Assembly (NCBI GenBank): GCA_016217905.1
Contig: JACRFL010000002.1
Span: 18,817-82,816, forward strand
DNA from: Candidatus Kaiserbacteria bacterium
GTDB lineage: Bacteria > Patescibacteriota > Minisyncoccia > Phycocordibacterales > Phycocordibacteraceae
Direction of reading: 5' to 3'
DNA length: 64,000 bases
Shown here: positions 8,485 to 18,820 of the stretch, piece by piece
How the letters are laid out: each line of letters begins with the position of its first letter
How positions within the stretch are numbered: the first letter of the stretch is position 1
Made by a program: the position numbers and the translations under genes
The notes under the pieces: generated by a model
Seen by the model: only the letters and a program-made list of their open reading frames with translations
The model's database searches: none
What the model was told of the DNA's origin: nothing

Positions 8485-9759
8485 TTAGTACTCGCGGAGC
8501 GACACCTGGGCGTCGATCTTGTGGGCGAGGTCGAGAGTGACCTGCACCGCGATGAGAAGCGCCGTGCCGCCGAGAACGAGCGTCGTGACGCCCGTGAGCC
8601 CCTGGATGATGCTCGGCGCGACCGCAAGAAGGCCGAGGAAGACGGCTCCGGGAAGCGTGACGCGATTGACGACCTTGCCGATGTACTCCTCCGTCTCCCG
8701 GCCGGGGCGCACACCCGGAACGAATGCTCCCGATTTTTGGAGATTCTCCGCGACGCGGTGCGGCTCGAACGTGACTGCGGTATAGAAATAGGTGAAGAGC
8801 ACAACGAGCAGGAAGTACGTCGCACCGTAATTCCACGGATTAGAGAGAAATCCTGTGTACCAGAGCGCCGCTCCCGCGGCAAAAGAAACGTGAAGCGCGC
8901 CGAGCATAGAGAGCGCCATCTGCGGCAGGAGAAGGAGGGAGAGCGCGAATATGATGGGGATCACTCCGGCCTGAAGGAGACGGATCGGGAGATACGTCGC
9001 CGCGCCCTGCGAGAGCGCCGCGCCGCGTACCGCGCGCGCGTAGGCGATCGGTATCGAGCGTTCGGCGTCGGAGACGACAACAACCGCGTAGATCATCGCG
9101 AGCGCAAGAAGCGTGAACGCGAGATAGGCGGGGACGCTCGCCGCGGTGGCGGAAAAGAGAGTCTGCGAAATGCTTGAGGGCACTCGAGCGAGGATGCCCG
9201 CGAGAATGATGAGCGACACTCCGTTGCCAATGCCGAACTCGGTCACGAGCTCGCCGAGCCACATGAGAAGCAGGGAGCCGGCAGCGACGAGCGCGATATT
9301 CGCCACAAGCGCCACCGCCCCCAGAGGCGCTATGACGCCCTGTCCCTCGAGCAGGAACAAGAAGCCGATACCCTGCAAAATAGCGATAGGGATTGTGAGT
9401 AGGCGGCTCCACCCGATAAATTTCGCGCGACCTGCCTCGCCTTCCTCAAAGTATGCCTGCTTCACCTGCGGAAAAATAATCGTGCCGAGCTGCATGATGA
9501 TCGATGCGGTGATATAGGGACCGACGCCTAGCATCACGACCGAGAGCTGGGAGAGCCCGCCGCCCGAGAAAATGTTCAGGAGACCGAAAAATTGGTTGTT
9601 CGCAAAGAATGATGCGAGCGCATTTTTATCGACACCCGGGATCGGCACCGACGCGAGAAGGCGGAAGAGCGCAAGCGCCCCGACGAGGAACAGGATCCGG
9701 AAACGAATCTCGGGATCTCCGAAAGAGAGCTTGAGCTTGCGGAAAAAGGAATTAAGCAT
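8485..9759 (-). CDS. secY: Preprotein translocase subunit SecY
   Basis: 10-TM protein with typical SecY N-terminus; sits between rplO and adk. Confidence 0.95.
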   Translation of the reverse strand: MLNSFFRKLKLSFGDPEIRFRILFLVGALALFRLLASVPIPGVDKNALASFFANNQFFGLLNIFSGGGLSQLSVVMLGVGPYITASIIMQLGTIIFPQVKQAYFEEGEAGRAKFIGWSRLLTIPIAILQGIGFLFLLEGQGVIAPLGAVALVANIALVAAGSLLLMWLGELVTEFGIGNGVSLIILAGILARVPSSISQTLFSATAASVPAYLAFTLLALAMIYAVVVVSDAERSIPIAYARAVRGAALSQGAATYLPIRLLQAGVIPIIFALSLLLLPQMALSMLGALHVSFAAGAALWYTGFLSNPWNYGATYFLLVVLFTYFYTAVTFEPHRVAENLQKSGAFVPGVRPGRETEEYIGKVVNRVTLPGAVFLGLLAVAPSIIQGLTGVTTLVLGGTALLIAVQVTLDLAHKIDAQVSLREY

Positions 9760-10204
9760 GGCGGGTGCCGCCGGCGGCCTCGACGGCGGTGAGCGCCGCG
9801 GCGGAAAGTGCGCATTGCTTCACGACAAGCGCTTTCGTGAGAGAACCCGTGCCGAGAATCTTCACTGAAGGCGCGCGGCCCTTCGCCCGGCGCACGAGCC
9901 CTTTGGCAAGCAGAGTCGCCGGCGACACCGTCTCTCCGGCCTTGTACGCCGCTTCAAGCGCGGCGAGATGCACCGTGGACACCGGGATGCGGTTCGTGCG
10001 GACAGTGCGCGCGCGATTCTTGCCGTGGCCGCGGCGCTTCGGGAGTTTCTTGATGAGGTCGCGGACTTCCGGGCGGATCTTGTGCCCGGCGCGGGCGGTC
10101 TGTCCCTTGCCGCCGCGGCCGGAGGTCTTTCCGCGCTTGCCACCGCGGCCGACGGGCGGGTTCTTCTTATTTTTGGTGCGAGGCGCGAGTGTGTGCAGTT
10201 GCAT
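9752..10204 (-). CDS. rplO: 50S ribosomal protein L15
   Basis: GRGGKRGKTSGRGGKGQ glycine/lysine-rich L15 signature. Confidence 0.95.
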   Translation of the reverse strand: MQLHTLAPRTKNKKNPPVGRGGKRGKTSGRGGKGQTARAGHKIRPEVRDLIKKLPKRRGHGKNRARTVRTNRIPVSTVHLAALEAAYKAGETVSPATLLAKGLVRRAKGRAPSVKILGTGSLTKALVVKQCALSAAALTAVEAAGGTRHA

Positions 10205-10214
10205 ATGAAGGGTT

Positions 10215-10841
10215 TTACGCCCCGCGCAATTTCTTCAGTGCGCCGACTGTCGCGCGGGCGATAGTGAGTTTGTTCTTGGAACGGCTGTGGATTTTGGTCA
10301 CCACGTCGGTTACGCCCGCGAGATCGAGCACGGTGCGCACCGCCGAGCCGGCGACAAGGCCACGGCCCTTTGAGGGGATGAACTCGACGACCGAGGATGC
10401 GTATTTCATCGACACCTGGTGCGGAATCGATCCCGATTTCGTACGAGGGACGGCGAAGAGATGTTTCTTCGCGTCGCGCGTCGCCTTGTCGATCGCGAGG
10501 GCGGTGTCGGTTCCCTTGCCGAGGCCGACACCGACGCGACCCTTCTTATCGCCGATCACGACGACGAGGCTGAAGTTGAAGCGGCGACCGCCCGCCATCA
10601 CGCGCGCCACGCGCCGCACGTCGATGGTTACCTGTTCGAACTCGCCCCGTTCCCGCGGCGCACGGCCGCGGCCGGAGCGCGGACCGCGGCTGCGCAGGGA
10701 CCCGCGGCTGCGCTTCCGCGGCGCAGCCGCCGGGGACGCAACCTCCGCGACCGTCGCTTCCGCAGCGGCGTTTCCCTCGACCGCGACTTCCGGAGCGCGT
10801 TCCGTCTCCTGCACCGTTTCCTGTTCCATCGGTGTCGTCAT
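10215..10841 (-). CDS. rpsE: 30S ribosomal protein S5, with an acidic/Ala-rich N-terminal extension of about 70 aa
   Basis: FEQVTIDVRRVARVMAGGRRFNFSLVVVIGDKKGRVGVGLGKG...; directly abuts rplO (no L30 gene). Confidence 0.95.
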   Translation of the reverse strand: MTTPMEQETVQETERAPEVAVEGNAAAEATVAEVASPAAAPRKRSRGSLRSRGPRSGRGRAPRERGEFEQVTIDVRRVARVMAGGRRFNFSLVVVIGDKKGRVGVGLGKGTDTALAIDKATRDAKKHLFAVPRTKSGSIPHQVSMKYASSVVEFIPSKGRGLVAGSAVRTVLDLAGVTDVVTKIHSRSKNKLTIARATVGALKKLRGA

Positions 10842-10844
10842 ATA

Positions 10845-11195
10845 TTAAAATGAGAGTCCTCCTGTGCGCGCGGCGTCCGCGAGCACCTTGACCTGCCCGC
10901 CGTAGCGATAGCCGCCGCGATCGAAGACAACGGCGATGATTCCCGCGGCTTTCGCCTTCTTCGCGATCGCTTCTCCGACGGACGCCGCTTGCACCGACTG
11001 CGATCCTTTGAACTCGCGGCCGTGTGCCGCGGCAATCGTCTTTCCCGCCGTGTCGTCGATGAGCTGCGCGGAGACGAATCGATTGCTCCGGTGGACGGCA
11101 AGGCGCGGCCGCTTTGCGGTACCCGAGACGCGTGCGCGCACGCGCGCGTGGCGGCGTTTGCGAAGCTCACTTTTCGTCGTGGGTTTGTGATTCAT
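10845..11195 (-). CDS. rplR: 50S ribosomal protein L18
   Basis: RLAVHRSNRFVSAQLIDD...GIIAVVFDRGGYRYGG. Confidence 0.95.
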   Translation of the reverse strand: MNHKPTTKSELRKRRHARVRARVSGTAKRPRLAVHRSNRFVSAQLIDDTAGKTIAAAHGREFKGSQSVQAASVGEAIAKKAKAAGIIAVVFDRGGYRYGGQVKVLADAARTGGLSF

Positions 11196-11197
11196 AC

Positions 11198-11728
11198 TTA
11201 CACGGCCTTCTTGCCCTGCTTGCGGCGGATGATCTCGCCCTCGTAGCGGACGCCTTTGCCAAGGTACGGCTCCGGTGGCTTGACGCGGCGGACGTTCGCC
11301 GCGAACTGCCCGACCGACTCCTTGTTCGCGCTTTCGAGCGTCATCACGTTCTTCTCCACCTTCGCCGTCATGTCTTCTGGAATGGAGAGCGACACCGGGT
11401 GGGAGAATCCGACGGCGAGCACCACATCCTTCCCTTTCACCTCCATCTTGTAGCCGACGCCGTCGAGCACGAGCTTTTTCACGTATGGAGTTTCGACCCC
11501 TTTCACCATATTTTTCACATGCGACGCGAACGTGCCGGTGAGCGCCTTGGCGAGGCGCGAGCGGTCCTTCGGCGTGACGGAAACGGCACCGCCCTCGATC
11601 GCGATCTCGACCGCAGGATGCACGCGCTTCGTGATTGTGCCCTTCGGGCCCTTCACGGTGAGCACGCCGCTGGACACCGAAACATCGGTCTTCCCTAATG
11701 AGATCGGCTTTTTCGCGAGGCGTGACAT
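11198..11728 (-). CDS. rplF: 50S ribosomal protein L6
   Basis: MSRLAKKPISLGKTDVSVSSGVLTVKGPKG; start taken at the internal Met of the track ORF. Confidence 0.9.
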   Translation of the reverse strand: MSRLAKKPISLGKTDVSVSSGVLTVKGPKGTITKRVHPAVEIAIEGGAVSVTPKDRSRLAKALTGTFASHVKNMVKGVETPYVKKLVLDGVGYKMEVKGKDVVLAVGFSHPVSLSIPEDMTAKVEKNVMTLESANKESVGQFAANVRRVKPPEPYLGKGVRYEGEIIRRKQGKKAV

Positions 11729-11756
11729 AAGTTTATTTATAATGAGCGTGGTCGAA

Positions 11757-12161
11757 CTACCAAATCTCAAAAAGCTCTTCGCCGCCGACGCGGTTCTTCC
11801 TCGCCTCGGCGTCCGAGACGATCCCCGAAGATGTCGAGAGGATGCGCGCTCCCGCGCCCCCCTTCACCTTGTGGGCGCTCGCGTGCGAAGCGTACAGTCG
11901 GCGGCCGGGCTTGCTCACGCGCTTCACGCCGCGCAGCCGCGCCGCGCCGCGCTCGTCGTACTCGAGCGTCGCGACGATCTCCTTTTTCACGCCGTCTTCT
12001 CCCCGCTCCTTCACGTCGACGGTATGAATGAAATCGAGTTCTTTGAGTTTCTTCGCGATGGCAAGAATATGGGCGGAATACGGCACGGACACCTGCGCCT
12101 TGCCGATCCTGGCGGCGTTCTGGAGACGAATGATGAAATCGCCGACGCGGTCGCTTACCAT
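11757..12161 (-). CDS. rpsH: 30S ribosomal protein S8
   Basis: [18 protein letters not shown]...; spc operon position. Confidence 0.95.
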   Translation of the reverse strand: MVSDRVGDFIIRLQNAARIGKAQVSVPYSAHILAIAKKLKELDFIHTVDVKERGEDGVKKEIVATLEYDERGAARLRGVKRVSKPGRRLYASHASAHKVKGGAGARILSTSSGIVSDAEARKNRVGGEELFEIW

Positions 12162-12424
12162 GATGCCTTTTTAACGCCCGGTATCTTCCCCTCACGCGCG
12201 AGCTCGCGAAACTGGATACGCGAGAGGCCGAACGTGCGCATGTAGCCGCGGGAGCGGCCCGAGATCGCGCAACGATTCTTGAGCCGTACCGGCGAAGAAT
12301 TTCTCGGGAGCTTCTGGAGACCCTCGGCATCCCCAGCCAATTTCAAAGCAGCACGCTTGACCGCGTACTTCTTCACGAGTTTCGCCTTCTTGGCGTATCT
12401 CGCGAGCTGGGATTTCTTTGCCAT
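12155..12424 (-). CDS. rpsN: 30S ribosomal protein S14 (long, non-zinc type)
   Basis: [41 protein letters not shown]. Confidence 0.9.
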   Translation of the reverse strand: MAKKSQLARYAKKAKLVKKYAVKRAALKLAGDAEGLQKLPRNSSPVRLKNRCAISGRSRGYMRTFGLSRIQFRELAREGKIPGVKKASW

Positions 12425-12463
12425 GAGAAAAAATAAAGCTCCGAGGAGCGTAGCTACAGAATA

Positions 12464-13021
12464 TCAGCGTTTTACGCTTGCGTCAACGATGAGTGGGAAG
12501 CCGAGATGGCGCAGGAATGCTTCGGCTTCGGCTTTCGTTTTTGCCGTCGTGACGATGGTAACGGCAAAGCCGAAGACGTCCTTGAGGTCCTCGTCGCTCG
12601 TCTCCGGAAAGATGGTGTTCTCCCGAATACCGATGGTGAAGTTCCCCATATCATCGATCGCCGACGCTTTCAGCCCGCGGAAGTCGCGGGTGCGCGGAAG
12701 CGCGATGTGGATGAGCTTGTCGAGAAAGTCGTACATCCGCGCGCCGCGAAGCGTCACTTGGAGGCCGACGGTGTCTCCTTCGCGCACCTTGAATGAGGCG
12801 ATCGAGGTGCGCGCGGGGCGGGGTGAGGGCTTCTGCCCCGTGATCTTCGCGAGACGATCGGAGATGAGTTCAATCTGTTTCTTGTCGCGCTTCTTCCCGA
12901 CGCCGGAAGAGACGATGACCTTGCTCACGCGAGGGCCCTGCATCGGGCTCGTATAGCGAAACACTTCCGCGAGCGCGAGATAGGTGGAGTGCTGGCGCTG
13001 CTTGGTGATAGACATGCTCAT
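12464..13021 (-). CDS. rplE: 50S ribosomal protein L5
   Basis: L5 motifs (GQKP..RARKSIA.FK.REG..VG..VTLRG..MY.FLDKL). Confidence 0.95.
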   Translation of the reverse strand: MSMSITKQRQHSTYLALAEVFRYTSPMQGPRVSKVIVSSGVGKKRDKKQIELISDRLAKITGQKPSPRPARTSIASFKVREGDTVGLQVTLRGARMYDFLDKLIHIALPRTRDFRGLKASAIDDMGNFTIGIRENTIFPETSDEDLKDVFGFAVTIVTTAKTKAEAEAFLRHLGFPLIVDASVKR

Positions 13022-13236
13022 GTTTCGATGCGCGCGACGTTCGAGGCATCGATCGGCCGAGGACGTTCGACGATGCGACCGACCGTTCCGGAACGACCCT
13101 TCAAATGGCGCTTCGCCAGGGCGACCCCCTCGACGAGGACGGCATTGTTTTTCGGCAGGGCGCGCAGAACCATGCCGGACTTCCCTTTGTCCTTGCCAGA
13201 AATGACTTTCACTTTGTCTCCTTTTTTGACGTGCAT
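13018..13236 (-). CDS. rplX: 50S ribosomal protein L24
   Basis: [26 protein letters not shown] motif. Start taken at the internal Met; SD GGAGG lies in the rplN 3' end. Confidence 0.9.
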   Translation of the reverse strand: MHVKKGDKVKVISGKDKGKSGMVLRALPKNNAVLVEGVALAKRHLKGRSGTVGRIVERPRPIDASNVARIET

Positions 13237-13244
13237 ACGAAAAA

Positions 13245-13622
13245 TTAAACGACCTCCGGCGCTAAGGACACGATGGAGTGCCATCCGAGTTCGGAGAGCT
13301 CGCGCGGCACCGGACCGAAGATGCGGTTCCCCTTCGGAGCCATCTCCTTACCCTGCTTTTCGATGAGGACGACGGCGTTTTCATCGAAGCGGACATACGA
13401 GCCGTCCTTGCGGCCAAAGGGCTTCGTCTGCCTCACAATGACTGCTCGGTAGATGTCTTTCTTTTTCACCGCTTTGCGCGGCTGTGCGGTCTGGATGGAG
13501 ACGACGACCGTGTCGCCGATGCCCGCGTAGCGGCGCTTACTTCCGCCAAGCACTTTGAAGATCCGGGCTATCTGTCCGCCGGAATTGTCCGCAACCGTAA
13601 CGATGGATCGGTCTTGCAACAT
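13245..13622 (-). CDS. rplN: 50S ribosomal protein L14
   Basis: [43 protein letters not shown]. Confidence 0.95.
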   Translation of the reverse strand: MLQDRSIVTVADNSGGQIARIFKVLGGSKRRYAGIGDTVVVSIQTAQPRKAVKKKDIYRAVIVRQTKPFGRKDGSYVRFDENAVVLIEKQGKEMAPKGNRIFGPVPRELSELGWHSIVSLAPEVV

Positions 13623-13624
13623 AA

Positions 13625-13900
13625 TTACATTTTCTCGCCCTCTACCGACACGGTCTTGGTCGGGTCAATGGCGAAGCACTTTAACTTCGAGATCGGGCGC
13701 GTTGCGACAATCGTCACGGTGTCGCCGACCTTTGCCGTATTGCCCAGATCGTGCGCGAGATACTTCTTCGAGCGCACGAAGTACTTCTTGTACTTCGCGT
13801 TCTTCACGTAGCGATCGACGCGCACCGTGGCGGTATCCTTCATCGCCGCTTTCACGACGACGCCGACGAATGATTGGGGGCGGACAGTTTTGTTTTTCAT
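13625..13900 (-). CDS. rpsQ: 30S ribosomal protein S17
   Basis: MKNKTVRPQSFVGVVVKAAMKDTATVRVDRYVKNAKYKKY; internal start. Confidence 0.9.
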   Translation of the reverse strand: MKNKTVRPQSFVGVVVKAAMKDTATVRVDRYVKNAKYKKYFVRSKKYLAHDLGNTAKVGDTVTIVATRPISKLKCFAIDPTKTVSVEGEKM

Positions 13901-13904
13901 GGTG

Positions 13905-14105
13905 TTAGGCCGCCGTGAGCGATCGCGCGTGTTGCTCGGTGAGCACCCGCGCGATCGCTGCGCGGAGCTTCTTCGGAGCATTGCTATCCTTGGCGCGCGC
14001 GCCGACGGCAGAGAAGCGCTCCGTGCGCAGCTGCGCACGCGCGTCGGCGAGAAGCTTCGTAAGCTCCTGATCGGATTTCGTCGTCATGTTTTCTTTTTTT
14101 GCCAT
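13905..14105 (-). CDS. rpmC: 50S ribosomal protein L29
   Basis: Short helical protein (KSDQELTKLLADARAQLRTERF) located between L16 and S17. Confidence 0.9.
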   Translation of the reverse strand: MAKKENMTTKSDQELTKLLADARAQLRTERFSAVGARAKDSNAPKKLRAAIARVLTEQHARSLTAA

Positions 14106-14127
14106 ACAAATCGGAAAAAAGCAATAT

Positions 14128-14550
14128 CTAGTGGCGGGTGACGATGGTCGTCTTCACCGGCAGTTTCATTCCCGCCTGTCGCAAGTGCGCACGGGCGACT
14201 GTCTCGGGAACGCCGTCCATCTCAAAGAGCACGCGACCGGGACGCACTTCGAAGACGTAGTGCTTCGGATCGCCCTTGCCGCTGCCCATGCCGACTTCCG
14301 CTGGCTTCGCGGTCACCGGGCGATCCGGAAAAATGCGGATCCAGAGTTTGCCCGTCTTGGCAGTGGCGCGCGTGAGTACCTTGCGGGCCGACTCGATCTG
14401 GTTGCTCGTCACGCGCGCGCTCGAGAGCGCCTTGAGCGCGAAGGAGCCGAAGACGAGCGTGACGCCGCGCGTGTCGGGGCGGTTGAGGCTCCGCTCGTTC
14501 TTGCGCTGCGTCTGCCACTTGCGGTGCTTCACTTTTTTAGGGAACAACAT
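14128..14550 (-). CDS. rplP: 50S ribosomal protein L16
   Basis: MLFPKKVKHRKWQTQRKN.... Confidence 0.95.
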   Translation of the reverse strand: MLFPKKVKHRKWQTQRKNERSLNRPDTRGVTLVFGSFALKALSSARVTSNQIESARKVLTRATAKTGKLWIRIFPDRPVTAKPAEVGMGSGKGDPKHYVFEVRPGRVLFEMDGVPETVARAHLRQAGMKLPVKTTIVTRH

Positions 14551-14562
14551 ACAAAAATATTA

Positions 14563-15276
14563 TTAGCCACGGGTGCCGGTGCCCTCCGGCAAGCCCACCG
14601 CCGTTTTCTTGTCCTGATACACATTCCCGCGGTAAATCCACACCTTGATTCCGATGACGCCGTAGGGCAGGTACGCCTGATCGTGCGCAAAGTCAATGTC
14701 GGCGCGGAACGTCTGAAGAGGGATGCGGCCTTTCTTGATCTCCTCTTTGCGGCTCATCTCCGCGCCCCCGAGGCGGCCGGAAATCGCAATACGCACGCCT
14801 TCGACCTCACGCGCGGCGATGACTTTCTCAACCGTCTGCTTGAGTACGCGGCGAAACGGCATGCGCTTCTCGAGCCCCTCCGCGACCATATAGGCGACGA
14901 CTGCAGCGTCCGTTTCCGGCTGGCGCACCTCGTTGATGTCGAGCTTGACCTGCTTGCCCGAGGGAAGGGCGGAAGCGGAGGCCTTCCGGACGATTCCGGT
15001 CAGATCGGCACGCAGCTTTACCGCGTTCTCGCCGGAACGGCCGATGACAAGGCCCGGGCGCGCGGTCGAAAGGATGACGCGCAACTCGCTCTCGGAACGC
15101 TCGATCTCGATGCCGCTCGTGTACGTGCCGCGCAAGCGCTTCGTGAGAAACCGGCGAATCAACTCGTCAATTTTGACGTTCTCGCGGTAGCTCTTCTTAT
15201 CCGCAGAGAACCAGCGGCTCTTCCAGTCACGGATGATGCCGAGACGGTGCGCGTAAGGGTGTACGGTGTGCGTCAT
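14563..15276 (-). CDS. rpsC: 30S ribosomal protein S3
   Basis: MTHTVHPYAHRLGIIRDWKSRWF plus a KH domain (GRSGENAVKLRADL). Confidence 0.95.
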   Translation of the reverse strand: MTHTVHPYAHRLGIIRDWKSRWFSADKKSYRENVKIDELIRRFLTKRLRGTYTSGIEIERSESELRVILSTARPGLVIGRSGENAVKLRADLTGIVRKASASALPSGKQVKLDINEVRQPETDAAVVAYMVAEGLEKRMPFRRVLKQTVEKVIAAREVEGVRIAISGRLGGAEMSRKEEIKKGRIPLQTFRADIDFAHDQAYLPYGVIGIKVWIYRGNVYQDKKTAVGLPEGTGTRG

Positions 15277-15281
15277 AGAAA

Positions 15282-15602
15282 TTATGCGAGAGTGACCTTC
15301 ACCCGGCTCTTCCGGCGGCGGATGGCGGAGGCGCGTCCGAACGCGCGCGGCATATAGCGCTTCAGCATGCCGGCGCTCTCGACGACAATCGACTGCACCT
15401 TCAGGGCGTCGACCGGTTTGCCCTGCCCTTTTGCATTAGCGGCTGCGCTTTTGATGAGCTTTTTGAGGGGTTCGGCGGCGCGGCGCGGCAGGAATTCGAG
15501 CGCCACAAGCGCATCAGAGACTTTCTTCCCTTTCATGAGGTCGGCCACGAGACGGACCTTGCGCGGCGTCTGATTGTAGCTCTCGAGGATTGCGTATGCC
15601 AT
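15282..15602 (-). CDS. rplV: 50S ribosomal protein L22
   Basis: AILESYNQTPRKVRLVADLMKGKKVSDALVALEF. Confidence 0.95.
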   Translation of the reverse strand: MAYAILESYNQTPRKVRLVADLMKGKKVSDALVALEFLPRRAAEPLKKLIKSAAANAKGQGKPVDALKVQSIVVESAGMLKRYMPRAFGRASAIRRRKSRVKVTLA

Positions 15603-15605
15603 ATA

Positions 15606-15950
15606 TTATTTCTTTGCTGCGGCCGGAGCTTCTTTCGCCGCCTTCGCGGAGGCGATTTCCGCCTCTTGTTTCTTCGCTTCCATCTCCTTCTGCATCTTTC
15701 CGCCGTGACGGAGGAACTTCTTGGTGGGCGAGAACTCGCCGAGGCGATGCCCCACCATTTCCTCGGATACGAGGACTTCAACATGCGACTTGCCGTTGTG
15801 GACGCCGAAGGTAAAACCGACCATCTCCGGGCTCACCTGGCTCCGGCGTGCCCATGTATTTATCACCCCGGCAGAAGCCGGTTTTTTATTCATGACCTTC
15901 TTCAGGAGTTTTGCGTCCACGAAGGGTCCTTTCGCAAGTGAGCGTGACAT
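15606..15950 (-). CDS. rpsS: 30S ribosomal protein S19, with a Lys/Ala/Glu-rich C-terminal extension
   Basis: [19 protein letters not shown]...[11 protein letters not shown]. Confidence 0.95.
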   Translation of the reverse strand: MSRSLAKGPFVDAKLLKKVMNKKPASAGVINTWARRSQVSPEMVGFTFGVHNGKSHVEVLVSEEMVGHRLGEFSPTKKFLRHGGKMQKEMEAKKQEAEIASAKAAKEAPAAAKK

Positions 15951-16018
15951 AAAAGTAATGAAAAGCCCGCTCAGCGGGATAGTAGAAAGATACAGGAATA
16001 ATAGTCCATGGTCAAACG

Positions 16019-16867
16019 TTACCCCTTCCTCTTTTTCCCTACCTTACGGCGGCTCACAATAAACACATTCGAATACTTTTTCGGCGTGCGGGTCTTCTGG
16101 CCTTTGCCCGAGGGCTTGCCCCACTTGGTCTTCGCCCTGCGGAGCCCGCGACCCTGCTTGCCCTCTCCGCCGCCGTGCGGATGGTCGACCGGATTCATAG
16201 CGGTGCCGCGAACGGTCGGTCGGATGCCCATCCAGCGGCTGCGACCAGCCTTGCCGATGATGACGAGATTGTATTCTTCGTTGCCGACCGCACCGACAGA
16301 GGCCCACGCGAGATCGGAGATTTTGCGTATCTCGGTCGAAGGGAGCTTGATCTGCGCGTAGCCGGCGTCGTGCGCGACCACTTCAGCGAAGGTGCCGGCG
16401 GAACGCACAAGCGACGCGCCTGAAAGCGGAGCGATCTCGATGTTGTACACGAACGTGCCGACCGGTATCTTCCCGAGCGGGAGACGATTTCCGGGGGTCA
16501 GGGGCGCATTCTCGGAAACGATAAACGTACTGCCAACTCCCACCTCCTTCGGCACGATAACGTAGCGACGCGCACCGTCGCGGTAGAGTGCACGAGCGAT
16601 GAACGCGCTGCGGAACGGATCATATTCGACGGTCTCAATCTTCGCCGGGATATTTTTCTTGTCGTACGTGAAATCAATCTCGCGCAAACGGCGCTTGTGC
16701 CCACCGCCCTGATGCCGCGTGGTGATGCGCCCGAAGGCGTTCCGGCCGCCCCGGCGTTTCTTCTTTGCGAGAAGCGGCTTGTGCGGAGAGTCGCCCGAAA
16801 GGAGCTCCTTGTACGGAAGCGTGGTCATGTGGCGGCGGCTCTTGGTGGTCGGTTTGTAGGATTTCAT
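16019..16867 (-). CDS. rplB: 50S ribosomal protein L2
   Basis: [16 protein letters not shown]; [10 protein letters not shown]; HPHGGGEG. Confidence 0.95.
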   Translation of the reverse strand: MKSYKPTTKSRRHMTTLPYKELLSGDSPHKPLLAKKKRRGGRNAFGRITTRHQGGGHKRRLREIDFTYDKKNIPAKIETVEYDPFRSAFIARALYRDGARRYVIVPKEVGVGSTFIVSENAPLTPGNRLPLGKIPVGTFVYNIEIAPLSGASLVRSAGTFAEVVAHDAGYAQIKLPSTEIRKISDLAWASVGAVGNEEYNLVIIGKAGRSRWMGIRPTVRGTAMNPVDHPHGGGEGKQGRGLRRAKTKWGKPSGKGQKTRTPKKYSNVFIVSRRKVGKKRKG

Positions 16868-16875
16868 ACAGAATA

Positions 16876-17235
16876 TTATGCGAACTGGATCGTGTCGCCC
16901 GCGTTCAGATACACGTACGCTTTGCGGCGCGCCGCGCGCCGGCCTATGCCGCGCTTGGTGCGCATCATCTTGCGCTTCCCGGGAAGATTCACGATGCGGA
17001 TCTTCTTCGGGTCGACGTTGTAGATCTCCTTGATGGCGCCCGCGATGGCGGCCTTCGTCGCGCGCGCGGGGATCGCAAACGCGTACACGCCCTTCTCGGT
17101 AGCGATGAGCGCCTTCTCAGAGAACCACGGAGCGCGGATGATCTCGTGCGCAACTCCCTCTGCGGTTGGCGCAGTGCGCGCGCGGCGGCGCGGCGCGATC
17201 TTCTTCTCTTTCTTCGTAGTGCCAAATAGTGCCAT
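16876..17235 (-). CDS. rplW: 50S ribosomal protein L23
   Basis: IIRAPWFSEKALIATEKGVYAFAI. Confidence 0.9.
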   Translation of the reverse strand: MALFGTTKKEKKIAPRRRARTAPTAEGVAHEIIRAPWFSEKALIATEKGVYAFAIPARATKAAIAGAIKEIYNVDPKKIRIVNLPGKRKMMRTKRGIGRRAARRKAYVYLNAGDTIQFA

Positions 17236-17241
17236 AACGAT

Positions 17242-18045
17242 TTATTTAGACTTCGCCTGCCCTGAGTCTGCCAAACGGGCGCGGGAGAGAAGCGTCTTAA
17301 ACGCCTCCTCCGGCTTCTCAATGATGAGGTACTTGTGGGAAAGCACGTCCACCGGATTGATGTTGCGCAGCTCCTCTGTCGCGACGTTGCCGAAATTGCT
17401 GAAGCTCTTGATCACGTTCGCGTCGTATGCGGAGAGCGCGAGAAGCGCGGCATTCTTTTTCTTCGCAGCAAGCCCGACAGCGTTCGCTCCCTCCGCGAGT
17501 GCCGCGAGCACCATCTTCGCGGCACGTGTCTTCGGCGACGTAAACGCGAACGTGTCCACGAGGATTATCTCGCCGTCTTTCGCCTTCCTTGAGAGCGCCG
17601 AGAGAAGGGCGCCAACGCGCATCTTCTTGTTTATCTTCTCGCTGTAGTCGCGGGTCGAGCGCGGACCGAAGGTGATGCCGCCGTGGCGCCAGATCGGCGA
17701 GCGGCTGGAGCCGTGGCGGGCTTGCCCGGTGCCTTTCTGCTTCCACGGCTTCTTGCCGCCGCCTGCAACCTCGGAACGATCCTTGGTGTGGGCGCGGTTC
17801 TGGCGCAGGTTCGCCTGCATTGCGGTCGTGACCTGGTGTACCAGGTCGCCTTTCCAGGACATGCCGAAGATGCTCTCCGGGAGCGCAATAGAGCCGACCT
17901 TCTTGCCGTCCATCGAGAAAATAGAATGTTCAAGCGAAGAGCCAGCGGGAGAAAAACCGGTAGTAGGACTCGGCCTAGCGGCCCGGAGCGCGACCGGTTT
18001 TTTTCCTGCTGGTGATTTCTCGACGATTTTTTTAGCGGTAGCCAT
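17242..18045 (-). CDS. rplD: 50S ribosomal protein L4, with an N-terminal extension
   Basis: GGGKKPWKQKGTGQARHGSSRSPIWRHGGITFGP. Confidence 0.95.
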   Translation of the reverse strand: MATAKKIVEKSPAGKKPVALRAARPSPTTGFSPAGSSLEHSIFSMDGKKVGSIALPESIFGMSWKGDLVHQVTTAMQANLRQNRAHTKDRSEVAGGGKKPWKQKGTGQARHGSSRSPIWRHGGITFGPRSTRDYSEKINKKMRVGALLSALSRKAKDGEIILVDTFAFTSPKTRAAKMVLAALAEGANAVGLAAKKKNAALLALSAYDANVIKSFSNFGNVATEELRNINPVDVLSHKYLIIEKPEEAFKTLLSRARLADSGQAKSK

Positions 18046-18046
18046 A

Positions 18047-18676
18047 TTATGCAGAAATTACTTCAAGCAGAGTGCCGCGGCGGCCCGGCACGGCGCCGCT
18101 GACGATAATCTCGCCCGCTTTCGCGTCGACGGCGAGCACTTTGAGATTCGTCACGGTCACGCGATCGCCGCCCATGCGGCCGGCCATGCGCATGCCCTTG
18201 GCGACTCTGCCGCCCGCGCGGCCGCCTGAGCCGCCGATAGAACCGGGGCTGCGCTCGGTATGCTTCTGGCCGTGCGAACGCGGGCCGCCGTGGAAGCCGT
18301 GGCGCTTCACTACGCCGGCGAAGCCCTTGCCCTTGGTGAGACCCGAGACCTGCACGACATCTCCCACTGCAAAAATATTTGCACTGATTTCATCTCCCAC
18401 TGCCGCCTGCCCCTGCTCACTTTCGCCGGACAATCTAAACTCTTTGATTGCCTGAAATCCCCTGCCTTTGGTGTGTCCCAAGACTGGCTTGGTGATGTTT
18501 TTGATCTTACGCGCGCCTTGGCCGACCTGAATCGCCGCGTACCGATCCTTGCCCTCTTTCGCCTTGACCTGCGTAACGACGACCGGGTCGGCGGCAAGGA
18601 TAGTTCCCGCGCGGGCACGACCATCCTCCCCGAACACTCGGGTCATTCCTTCTTTCTTGGCGAGAATGAATTTCAT
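18047..18676 (-). CDS. rplC: 50S ribosomal protein L3
   Basis: MKFILAKKEGMTRVFGEDG...GKGFAGVVKRHGFHGGPRSHGQ. Confidence 0.95.
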   Translation of the reverse strand: MKFILAKKEGMTRVFGEDGRARAGTILAADPVVVTQVKAKEGKDRYAAIQVGQGARKIKNITKPVLGHTKGRGFQAIKEFRLSGESEQGQAAVGDEISANIFAVGDVVQVSGLTKGKGFAGVVKRHGFHGGPRSHGQKHTERSPGSIGGSGGRAGGRVAKGMRMAGRMGGDRVTVTNLKVLAVDAKAGEIIVSGAVPGRRGTLLEVISA

Positions 18677-18820
18677 TAAAGCAAATCGCGCCACAGCAAT
18701 CGCTTGGCGCGATTTGCTGGAGGTCCCTTAGGGGACATAGCGATCTCGCTACTCTACACGACCAGCTTAAAACACGCAACCGCCCTTACGAGCGGTTGCG
18801 TGTTTTCTTGGTCGTCTGCT